The notes beneath the pieces are model-generated. The model saw nothing but the letters and a program-made list of their open reading frames with translations, did no database searches and had not been told where the DNA came from. Below are positions 56,736 through 64,000 of a stretch of 64,000 nt of DNA, piece by piece (the first letter of the stretch is position 1; each line of letters starts with the position of its first letter). The translations under genes were made by a program, and so were the position numbers. Source of the stretch: a virus (taxonomy: Duplodnaviria > Heunggongvirae > Uroviricota > Caudoviricetes); the IMG/VR virus record IMGVR_UViG_3300031998_000007. The stretch is one strand, 5' to 3'.

Positions 56736-56767
56736 GCCCGTGCCGCAAGGCACGGGTCTTTCGTTTT
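56736..56767 (+). terminator. Intrinsic terminator
   Basis: GCCCGTGCC-GCAA-GGCACGGGT followed by CTTTCGTTTT. Confidence 0.75.
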
Positions 56768-56825
56768 GGCACGGTTTTTGCTAATAGTGTGCAGAACAAA
56801 AAATCAACAAGAGGAAACAACAACT

Positions 56826-57221
56826 ATGATTCAACCGTTCAACTCCAATTTCGGTTTCAACTTCTTAAACAATGTCTTCAACATGCTTGCCGACGCGTCT
56901 GACCAGAATAAGGACGTGAAGGTCGCCACGGAGGCAATCCCGTCCAATTACAGCCACGTTGACAAGGACAAGGGCGCGACAATCGCCATCGAGCTCCCGG
57001 GCGTGCCCAAGGAAGCGATTTCCTGCACGTTTGAAGGCAACAATTTCAAGCTGAGCGCCCCTCGCGACGTGTTCGGCCAGAAGCTGACCTACACCCTCGA
57101 CTTCGCGGTCAGGGAAGAGTTCGACTGCGACAAGGCGGATCTTGCCTACACGGACGGCTTGCTCACCATCAGTATCCCGAACAAGGTCTCTTCCGAGCCG
57201 AGGAAGCTGACTATCGCATAG
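56826..57221 (+). CDS. hsp20: Small heat-shock protein (Hsp20/alpha-crystallin)
   Basis: IAIELPGVPKEAI and ADLAYTDGLLTISIPNK...RKLTI. GAGG RBS. Confidence 0.88.
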   Translation: MIQPFNSNFGFNFLNNVFNMLADASDQNKDVKVATEAIPSNYSHVDKDKGATIAIELPGVPKEAISCTFEGNNFKLSAPRDVFGQKLTYTLDFAVREEFDCDKADLAYTDGLLTISIPNKVSSEPRKLTIA

Positions 57222-57245
57222 CCAGTGCGATCCTGATTGGTTAGG

Positions 57246-57281
57246 GGCCGGCGGGTAATTCCGCCGGCCTTGTTTCGTTTT
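57246..57281 (+). terminator. Intrinsic terminator
   Basis: GGCCGGCGG-GTAATT-CCGCCGGCC followed by a T-rich tail. Confidence 0.7.
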
Positions 57282-57333
57282 GAAACCCCCGGAAAACTAT
57301 AAACTAGACGGAAAGGAAACAGCCGGTTACAAC

Positions 57334-57618
57334 ATGGATGATCCGAAGCAAAAATTTATCGACGACCTCGGCGAGATTATGCGCGAGAAGGGCCCGGCGC
57401 TGACCGAGTGCGTTGCTGACGCGTTCGTCGTCTGCGAGACCGCCGACCGGAACCGCGTCGAGGCAATCAACTTCCTCGAAAGCCAGTGCGGCGAGGACAG
57501 GGGCGCATTTATCAACAAGCTCGCCGGCATTGTCGAGAGCGCATCCGGCTCGGAACGCGACTATGCGCTCCGTGGCCTGGAAACATACGCTAACATTGTT
57601 CTTCCGGCGAAGGAATAA
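57334..57618 (+). CDS. Hypothetical protein
   Basis: ATG 57334 after AAGGA and TATAAACTA (57298-57306). Confidence 0.6.
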   Translation: MDDPKQKFIDDLGEIMREKGPALTECVADAFVVCETADRNRVEAINFLESQCGEDRGAFINKLAGIVESASGSERDYALRGLETYANIVLPAKE

Positions 57619-57630
57619 CCGGGGGTCGGG

Positions 57631-59271
57631 ATGACGCCATACTACTACGTAAGGGAAATCGAGAAGATTGAGATAGCCCTCCTTGACGTGTTCAACAATC
57701 TCCGCGTGAACAAGTACAAGGACACGAAACGGCAGATTTACGACCGTACCGTCCGCATCCCGATTGTCACCCACACTAATGACGACTTTGCGAACTGGGT
57801 AACGACGGTCCGCGCGAAGCAGGTTGCGCAGCCTATCCCCGTAGCGGGCCTCCGCTGCACGGGAACTGCCCCCGATGACGCTCGCCGCGTGCAGCCGACA
57901 TATACCCGCAGGATTTTCTATGAACCGTTGAACCGGTGGATCCAGGACATCCAGCCCACTCCCTACATTTTCAAGTTCGAGCTGGAAATCCTCTGTGACA
58001 ACATATCCGACTTCCGGCAGGTGAAGGAAAACATCGAGCCGTATTTCAACACTTACCGCACCCTGCGCATCAGGGAGTTCGATTTCGCCCCCAAGCTCGA
58101 ACGACAGATTCCGTTCACTATCGGCGTTCCCGGCGACCAGATTGACGACGAGAAGGAACTGACTTCCAACGAATACCAGTTCTACCGCGCGAAATACAAT
58201 ATCGAGGCGCACGGCGTCTATCACCGTCCCTACGAGCTGCCGGAAATGATCCGTTATGCGCAGATGGACTTCAACATCGACGAGCGACTAATCGACAGCC
58301 TGCAGGTGTTCGTTTACCCGGACGCGATTGCGCAGCAGAAGAAGCAGCTGTGGGAAACCGTGGAACCGTCCCGCCGTGAAGGCTATTCGCTGTTGAAGAC
58401 GTTTACGAGGACGCTCGTCAAGCAGTATGCCGACGACAACGAGGAATATTGGAAGGACGTGACGCTCCGCCGCATCTTCCTCACCGCCCCGCAGGTCCTT
58501 GGCCTCGACGAGAACGGGAACCCACAGAACGGGTATAACCCGCAGCTGGTCGGGTACGAGGTTGACGATAACGGCAAGTATGTCCTTGACGAGAATGGCG
58601 ACCGCATCCCGATTTATGACTTTACCGAGGTGGTGGTCGATGATGTCGCCCGGCCTACCGAGGTCCCGGAATTTGACCTTCTCCACCTTACGTTCGATGA
58701 CGATTCCGATGTCGCGAAGGATTTTAGCGGCATGGGCCGTGACTTCGTCGCAATCAACGCGGCAAGCCGCGAGTTCGTCCCGTCCATCCCTCCAGGAAAC
58801 GGCTCATACGCCCCGGGCGGGTACGCTTCGGACGGACTGCAGAATACCGGCGTCGCCGGCGAGCGCAAGGAATGGTCGCAGATACTTGACTGGTTCGGCG
58901 ATAACGAGGGCGGTCTCATCGAGTCCTCATACACGTTCAAGGCCACGTTGCAGTTCAAGGAACTCGGCGATACGGTCTTCCAGTATCTCTACAACCCGGA
59001 GGACACCACCGCCCACGACGGTACGGTAATCCCGAAGGGTACTGTCTGGTTCGACTGGGGCGTGATGGACAACCGTCTCTACTTCACTTTCCATACCGCA
59101 ACCATGCACAAGACGTTCAGGACGGACGAATACGACTTCGACACGGAAACCATCTATTCGTTCTATTTCGTTCTCTACAATCACGGCGAGAACGGCGCGT
59201 TCGGCGTCAAGACAAACTTCTCCGACACGATGGTTGCCGTGAACACGTTCGAGGTTACCGATGGATCCTAG
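57631..59271 (+). CDS. gp15: Tail sheath terminator/stabiliser (gp15-like) with C-terminal extension
   Basis: YYYVREIEK..IALLDVFNNLRV...VRIPI and PTPY.FKFEL.I parallel T4 gp15 YFYNSSFRRY..LMGDLFSNIQI...IRVPI. Confidence 0.75.
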   Translation: MTPYYYVREIEKIEIALLDVFNNLRVNKYKDTKRQIYDRTVRIPIVTHTNDDFANWVTTVRAKQVAQPIPVAGLRCTGTAPDDARRVQPTYTRRIFYEPLNRWIQDIQPTPYIFKFELEILCDNISDFRQVKENIEPYFNTYRTLRIREFDFAPKLERQIPFTIGVPGDQIDDEKELTSNEYQFYRAKYNIEAHGVYHRPYELPEMIRYAQMDFNIDERLIDSLQVFVYPDAIAQQKKQLWETVEPSRREGYSLLKTFTRTLVKQYADDNEEYWKDVTLRRIFLTAPQVLGLDENGNPQNGYNPQLVGYEVDDNGKYVLDENGDRIPIYDFTEVVVDDVARPTEVPEFDLLHLTFDDDSDVAKDFSGMGRDFVAINAASREFVPSIPPGNGSYAPGGYASDGLQNTGVAGERKEWSQILDWFGDNEGGLIESSYTFKATLQFKELGDTVFQYLYNPEDTTAHDGTVIPKGTVWFDWGVMDNRLYFTFHTATMHKTFRTDEYDFDTETIYSFYFVLYNHGENGAFGVKTNFSDTMVAVNTFEVTDGS

Positions 59272-59707
59272 TATAGCGCGTATGTTTGCCCACCAGAAGG
59301 CGGTGATGGAGAAACGGATTGCGGCAGCGTCCGTTCCCGCACCGAAGCGGCCCGAATTCGTCATGCCGAAGCCCCATACGCCTGACCAGATGATGCAGGC
59401 GTTCATCGAGGACCGGCAATACGACAATGACCGCATCGAGAAGCCGGGGAAGGAGAAGGAAACCTCCGATAACGTATTCGACGCCATGTTCGATACGATG
59501 AACTCTGACGGGCAGGAAGGAGGGTATCGGAAATTCACCGGGCCTGGCGCCTACGATCCCGCGTTTATCCGTGCACAGCTTGCGAAGGAACAGCCCGATG
59601 AATATGTCGGCAACGACAGCTCCGATGACGACGATTCCGACCCGATGGGACTTTATAAGGCGGCAAACAGCCGCGTTGACGGCATGATGCGGTCCACGTT
59701 TGCCTAG
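59261..59707 (+). CDS. Hypothetical protein
   Basis: GAGG RBS. Overlaps the end of gp15. Confidence 0.6.
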   Translation: MDPSIARMFAHQKAVMEKRIAAASVPAPKRPEFVMPKPHTPDQMMQAFIEDRQYDNDRIEKPGKEKETSDNVFDAMFDTMNSDGQEGGYRKFTGPGAYDPAFIRAQLAKEQPDEYVGNDSSDDDDSDPMGLYKAANSRVDGMMRSTFA

Positions 59708-59763
59708 CCGGCAACCTATAAACTGTAGGATATTACTGTTTAACCCTTAACCGGAATAACCAA

Positions 59764-60366
59764 ATGACCGTAGAATCTACACTCCTGGCCATCCAGGCCC
59801 GCTCCAAGAGCCGTGGGCGCACATCCGTTGCCCCGGTGATTACCCGCAAGGCGGCAGCATCCGATGCCCCGTCTGCAATCTCCCGCCTTCTCGCCGCACA
59901 GAACGCCGCGAAGCGCCAGGTCGTCGCACCGGCACCTGTCGTGAAGCCGACCGGCGCGGCAAACGAAGGCGAACGTATTGCCGCGATGATGGCCCACCAG
60001 CAGGAAAGCAAGAAGCCGACTGCCAGCTCTTTCAGCGTAGTCGCCGAAACTGCCGACTACCAGGAGTTCATGAAGGCCCTTGAAGCCGGTGACGCCGAAG
60101 CCATCAAGAAGTTCGGCATCAACGTCGATTTTGGCCCGATGTTCTTCACCGGCACCGACCAGGGCGGGACTGCCCAGGTAAGCATGGGCGCCGCTGCAGA
60201 ACCCGAAGCCCCGGCTGAGGAAGCCCCGGCGGCAGAAACCCCGGCTGAACCGGAAACGGTAGTTACCGAGGCCCCGGCCAAGGTCACTACCAAGAAGAGC
60301 CGCAAGGCCAAGCAGGCTGCCGAGGCTACCAACCCGATTGGCGGTCTCGTAGAAAGCATGCAGTAA
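59764..60366 (+). CDS. Ala/Pro-rich hypothetical protein (probable internal head protein)
   Basis: TATAAACTG at 59717-59725. Begins MTVES and ends GLVESMQ. Confidence 0.65.
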   Translation: MTVESTLLAIQARSKSRGRTSVAPVITRKAAASDAPSAISRLLAAQNAAKRQVVAPAPVVKPTGAANEGERIAAMMAHQQESKKPTASSFSVVAETADYQEFMKALEAGDAEAIKKFGINVDFGPMFFTGTDQGGTAQVSMGAAAEPEAPAEEAPAAETPAEPETVVTEAPAKVTTKKSRKAKQAAEATNPIGGLVESMQ

Positions 60367-60389
60367 CGTAGCCAGCGACGGGGGTCCCC

Positions 60390-60572
60390 GTGAACCGCGA
60401 GCAGATGAAGAAGTTCCTTGATGCCCAGCGAGAGGAAATCGAGCGGCACAAGTGGATTGAATCCGAGAAAGCGGGACGGGACCTCGGCGAGGCCGCTGCC
60501 AGGGATTGGGTGGCGAAATACGCAAAAGTTTTCCGAGAGGAGTACGAAAGAAAAAATGGACAACAATTTTGA
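60390..60572 (+). CDS. DUF4032-like small protein
   Basis: EIERHKWIESEKAGRDLG..AA.DW..KY. Confidence 0.7.
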   Translation: MNREQMKKFLDAQREEIERHKWIESEKAGRDLGEAAARDWVAKYAKVFREEYERKNGQQF

Positions 60573-61053
60573 AAAGATGGAACGCGGGCTGGCCCGTCTC
60601 GGTGGACATCCGTTCCCGATGATGGAAAATGCGGAAACCACGGCCAAGGCCAGAGATGCCGATGTTCTCAAATCGGTTGCATGCGACTTGCTCGGATATG
60701 CGAACGAGTTCCATGTCTATCACTGGAACTCGAAGACCAACTTCGAGCACGAACTGATGGGTGAGGTCTATGACCTCATGCGCGACACGTCCGACAGGCT
60801 TGCCGAGCGTTACCTGTCTATGTCCGATGTCGATTCGTTCGTCCCGGAAGGCAATTTCGGGACAGATCGCAAGGACTGGGCCCCGGGCAAGGAAACTATC
60901 CTATCCCGCATGGAGACCATCCTTAAAGGCATGGACGACGCGTTCAACGAGCACCCGGACCTCGCTAAGTTCGGCGGTATCGGCAACATCTTCTCCGACT
61001 TCGACGAGAAGATGGCAACAATCATCTACAAGTACAAGCGCTTCGAAGGATAA
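60556..61053 (+). CDS. Ferritin/Dps-like four-helix protein (DUF5856-like)
   Basis: HVYHWNS...EHELMGEVYD...DRLAERY. Confidence 0.7.
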   Translation: MDNNFEKMERGLARLGGHPFPMMENAETTAKARDADVLKSVACDLLGYANEFHVYHWNSKTNFEHELMGEVYDLMRDTSDRLAERYLSMSDVDSFVPEGNFGTDRKDWAPGKETILSRMETILKGMDDAFNEHPDLAKFGGIGNIFSDFDEKMATIIYKYKRFEG

Positions 61054-61056
61054 GAT

Positions 61057-61815
61057 ATGGCCAGCGGACGACTGATGACACGAGATGACATGGCGACCTG
61101 GGTCAAGCGTCGCCTCGGTGCCCCGTTGACGGACATCGAAATGGTGGTTGAGGAAGACAATGGCCTGGGTCATATCCACATGGCCATCCAGGACTGCCTC
61201 GACTTCTTCTGGAAGTCCAGTGTCGATGAATCCTCTTACCAGGACATCCTAGTCATCCACCTCGAACCGGGCGTGATGGAATACCGTGTCCCGGACGAGT
61301 GCATGCAGTTCATCGACATCAGCCCGTCATACGGCAACACCTTCTCCCCGATGATGGCGTGGGATGTTGGTCCGGGTGAATCGCTCATGGCTATCGGCGG
61401 TGCGACGATTGGCAATTTCGGCCAGTTCGACCTCGTCACCTACTGCAATTCGCTTCGGACTCTGCAGGATTACAAGAAGATTATCGGGACCCAGTATGAC
61501 ATCCACTTCTACCCGACGGAACACATCGTCCGTATCTACCCGACCCCGAAGGCTCCGAGGAAGGCCATCGCCAAGGTGTTCATGAAGGCGAAGATGTCGG
61601 AAATCTTCTGCAACCCGTATTTCCGCGAAATGTGTGTCGCGAAGGCGCAGATGCAGCTGGGCGAAATCCTCAGCAAGGACGACTTCACGATGCCGGGTGG
61701 TGTCAAGATTGACGGCAAGGGAATTTACGACAGGGCTGAAAAGCGCTTCGACAAGTTCTTTGACCTGATGCTTGAACAGGCACCGGGCGCCATGATTATG
61801 ACGGACCTTTCCTAA
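61057..61815 (+). CDS. gp13: Neck protein (gp13-like)
   Basis: RDDM..WVKRRLGAP...IE...AIQDCLDFF and WG-like QLGEILSK...MPGGV.IDG..IY..A. Confidence 0.85.
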   Translation: MASGRLMTRDDMATWVKRRLGAPLTDIEMVVEEDNGLGHIHMAIQDCLDFFWKSSVDESSYQDILVIHLEPGVMEYRVPDECMQFIDISPSYGNTFSPMMAWDVGPGESLMAIGGATIGNFGQFDLVTYCNSLRTLQDYKKIIGTQYDIHFYPTEHIVRIYPTPKAPRKAIAKVFMKAKMSEIFCNPYFREMCVAKAQMQLGEILSKDDFTMPGGVKIDGKGIYDRAEKRFDKFFDLMLEQAPGAMIMTDLS

Positions 61816-61832
61816 CAACATTCCAGCCAAAG

Positions 61833-61865
61833 ATGGACCGGGTTCCGGTCCATTTTTCTATATTT
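61833..61865 (+). terminator. Terminator overlapping a TTTTTCTATATTT promoter-like motif
   Basis: ATGGACCGG-GTT-CCGGTCCAT followed by TTTTCTATATTT, 5 nt before the ATG at 61871. Confidence 0.7.
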
Positions 61866-61870
61866 GGACT

Positions 61871-62152
61871 ATGCTCGAACTGTTCTCCAATTTCTCCGGC
61901 ATTTGCGGTTCAGTCGCATTCGCCGTATGTCTCCTGCCCCAGGTCATCTCCTGTCTCCGTGCGAAGGACGCGAGCCAGCTTTCCTGGGGTTTCCTGTTCC
62001 TGTCCTATGTCGGGAACCTCGCCACGGCCGAATATGTCGCATACGGTGACGTCGTGAACGGCACCTTGCACCTGCCCCTGTATTTCAACTACGGGATTGC
62101 GACTACCCTCCTTTCTATCCTTTTGTACTGCAAGCTGAAATACGCGCGGTGA
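61871..62152 (+). CDS. PQ-loop/SemiSWEET-like membrane protein
   Basis: 93 aa with three hydrophobic helices and LLPQV...KDASQLSW motif. Confidence 0.8.
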   Translation: MLELFSNFSGICGSVAFAVCLLPQVISCLRAKDASQLSWGFLFLSYVGNLATAEYVAYGDVVNGTLHLPLYFNYGIATTLLSILLYCKLKYAR

Positions 62153-62184
62153 TTTTTGCTATATTTTACCTCAGAGGTAAAATT

Positions 62185-62754
62185 ATGGCCAATGAAACCA
62201 CTATCCATAGCGTGAGCCTTGCCAAGGCGTTCAGCATCCGCAAGAAGCTCTGCGACCTAATCCGCAAGGAAGAGGACTTGCTCATCAAGTTCCCTACCTA
62301 TGCTTATGACGAAGCCGTTGCCGATGTCAATGGACGTCTCAACAAGCCCAGTATCGAGGAAGAATTTGCGTTCTATGACGCGCTCCTCTACGCCAAGTCG
62401 ATTATCGTGAAGGCAATCGAGGACGTGAACGGCAATGGTCAGCATCTCCTTGCCGACATCGCCCGCGTTGACGCTGCCCTCCGCATCGAACAGAGCATGC
62501 TTACACGAGCAAAGGACGCCAAGACTTCCGAACGTGTCCTTGACCAGGTCCACGGCAACTACATCATTACGCAGCTCCAGCGCACCGCGCCGTCCACGGA
62601 GTTCCTCGAAAAGCGTATCATGGCCGACATCAACCAGAAGAACACGCTCGAAGACGCCCTTTCTGCATATAATGCGGAAACCGTTGTGCAGTTCCCGCTC
62701 GACGAAGAAATCGCCAAGAAGATCGGCCTGGGGAAGGAAGAAGCCACCAATTAA
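62185..62754 (+). CDS. DIP1984-like coiled-coil protein
   Basis: SLAKAFSIRKKL at the N-terminus and LEDALSAYNAETVV at the C-terminus resemble DIP1984-family KLAEAL..R and LD..IQ..N..T. GAGG RBS. Confidence 0.5.
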   Translation: MANETTIHSVSLAKAFSIRKKLCDLIRKEEDLLIKFPTYAYDEAVADVNGRLNKPSIEEEFAFYDALLYAKSIIVKAIEDVNGNGQHLLADIARVDAALRIEQSMLTRAKDAKTSERVLDQVHGNYIITQLQRTAPSTEFLEKRIMADINQKNTLEDALSAYNAETVVQFPLDEEIAKKIGLGKEEATN

Positions 62755-63040
62755 CGGTCGCAACGGCTTCGGTCAATGCCACCACGTTGCACGCCAAAGA
62801 AGATCGTTGCTGCACGGTATGTGCAAAACGCTACGAGGAAATTTGGTGTCGACCGGTCCGGCTAGTTCCGTTCAGCTCAGGTACGGCACGGCGACAGGAA
62901 AGTGTTCCGAGGGCGTTCGTAGAGTTCTTAAAGTTACAACGCTCGCAACAGTCACTCCCTATACTGCTTGGTCCGTGCGATGCCCGACTAGACCGGAAGC
63001 CAAATGCGGTTCCCGTTGGATATGGTAGCGGGGAACCGAA
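62755..63040 (+). ncRNA. Candidate structured non-coding RNA (about 165-nt rod plus flanking hairpins)
   Basis: Longest non-coding gap in the window. Nested pairings 62841-47/62999-63005, 62857-66/62987-97, 62886-91/62973-78, 62896-904/62953-60 and 62908-21/62935-45. Extra hairpins at 62760-90, 62811-25 and 63007-38. Strand assumed from context. Confidence 0.5.
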
Positions 63041-63065
63041 GCGACTGCATTTTCAAGGGTTTGAC

Positions 63066-63176
63066 ATGAAAACACATCAGAAAATCATCAACTGCATCCA
63101 GCTCGTCGCAATCGCGTTTTTCGCGGGGCGTTTCATCTATAACCTGGTGCGCAAGTTCAGGGGGGACATCGTATGA
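63066..63176 (+). CDS. Small membrane peptide, 36 aa
   Basis: MKTHQKIINCIQLVAIAFFAGRFIYNLVRKFRGDIV with one hydrophobic helix. AAGGG RBS. Overlaps the next start. Confidence 0.5.
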   Translation: MKTHQKIINCIQLVAIAFFAGRFIYNLVRKFRGDIV

Positions 63177-64000
63177 TGAAGTATGACGAAGCCTCCGCAA
63201 CGAACCTCATCTTTGACATCGACAGGATAGTAAGCACACTCGGCATGCCGAAGTTCAGCCGTCGTCTGTCGGCCAAGGACAACCTCAAACGCGCGGCAAA
63301 GGCGCTTGTGACTGCCGACACCAGCAGCGCAGCACTGGGGTATCGCGGTACATGTGCTCTCCTTTCAGTGTCCCATGTCATGTGCACGATTGCCGCCCGT
63401 AGCGGTCACCCGGTCATCGCGGCATATCTTTCGTGCGCCCGGAACGTCCTCGCCGAATATACCATTGCCCGCGGTGTCGATAAGCTATTCTCGTTCTCCA
63501 GCACACCGAACCAGCGAGTGTGGTATAATATCCAGCATACCGATCTTGTCGGGACCAAGTATGAAAATATCCCCATCACGAAAATCAATCTGGTGTCCCG
63601 CTCAATCGTGGCGGCAAGCTCTCGCGAGAAGAATTTCCTGTTCAGGTTTGGCGATTCCGATGTCCCGATGGATGTAGTCCATAACGGGAAGACCTATAAG
63701 GTCCGCCCCGTGGCGACAAACATCGAGGAATGCATTCCGGTGAACTCGGCTTTGCTCAGGATTACGTCGAAGCGCGAATACGAAGGTTCGTTCGACCCGT
63801 ATGTATGCGTCCAGGTTGGCGACAGTTTCATCGCGTTCGTGATGAGTCTTGATTCCCCGGTTCACTACGAGTCATCGAACCCGCCTGCACCGGGAACCGA
63901 AGAATACAACCGTATGATGCAGCAGGCCGAGATCATGCGGAACGGCATGAACGAACCGCGTCCCATTTCGGTAATCATTGCCAACATGGGCGAGGAGAAA
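63173..64000 (+). CDS. Hypothetical protein, truncated by the right window edge (MMKYDEASATNL...)
   Basis: Hand translation is open for 276 codons to the window end. GGGGG RBS-like sequence. Confidence 0.75.
   Translation, partial: MMKYDEASATNLIFDIDRIVSTLGMPKFSRRLSAKDNLKRAAKALVTADTSSAALGYRGTCALLSVSHVMCTIAARSGHPVIAAYLSCARNVLAEYTIARGVDKLFSFSSTPNQRVWYNIQHTDLVGTKYENIPITKINLVSRSIVAASSREKNFLFRFGDSDVPMDVVHNGKTYKVRPVATNIEECIPVNSALLRITSKREYEGSFDPYVCVQVGDSFIAFVMSLDSPVHYESSNPPAPGTEEYNRMMQQAEIMRNGMNEPRPISVIIANMGEEK

Noticed and set aside
62787-63065. 129-aa ORF 62787..63176 spanning the candidate ncRNA
   Set aside because: No RBS at its start and atypical composition. Only the last 36 codons (from ATG 63066) have an RBS and look coding.
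1-64000. tRNA, tmRNA, rRNA, ribozyme, CRISPR, integrase or transposase
   Set aside because: No T-loop/CCA cloverleaf, hammerhead core, repeat-spacer array or recombinase motif was recognised by eye. A formal tRNAscan/Infernal run was not possible.

Overview
The window is a densely coded, GC-rich segment of a large T4-like myophage genome (jumbo-phage organisation) in the standard genetic code. Recognisable T4-superfamily core genes: family-B DNA polymerase (gp43), clamp-loader subunits (gp44, gp62), UvsY-like protein, small terminase (gp16), an enlarged tail sheath (gp18), tube (gp19), baseplate genes (gp26/gp51/gp29/gp48/gp53/gp27/gp5-like), head completion gp4, prohead protease gp21, scaffold gp22, gp67-like core protein, late sigma factor gp55, gp15 and neck gp13. 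They are scrambled relative to T4, and no major capsid, portal or large terminase gene was recognised here. Accessory genes include a stand-alone PolA/T7-RNAP-like palm protein, a bacterial beta-clamp (DnaN)-like protein in place of a recognisable gp45, DnaJ, Hsp20, a D12-class adenine methyltransferase, GNAT, an ankyrin-like protein, a GT-B glycosyltransferase-like protein, a ferritin/Dps-like protein, a SemiSWEET/PQ-loop protein and a 1977-aa orphan. The most notable non-coding signals are three recurrent upstream motifs: a late-promoter-like TATAAACT(A/G), often in divergent pairs; a small hairpin/dyad AAA(A)CCTAGTTT(T) 23-39 nt before start codons, whose loop TAG is often the upstream stop codon; and a host-like TTTTGCTATATTT. 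There is also a ~300-nt intergenic region (62755-63065) that folds by eye into a ~165-nt rod with flanking hairpins, a candidate phage ncRNA. No CRISPR array, tRNA, rRNA, intein or transposase was recognised. All family assignments come from motif recognition by eye, not database searches.
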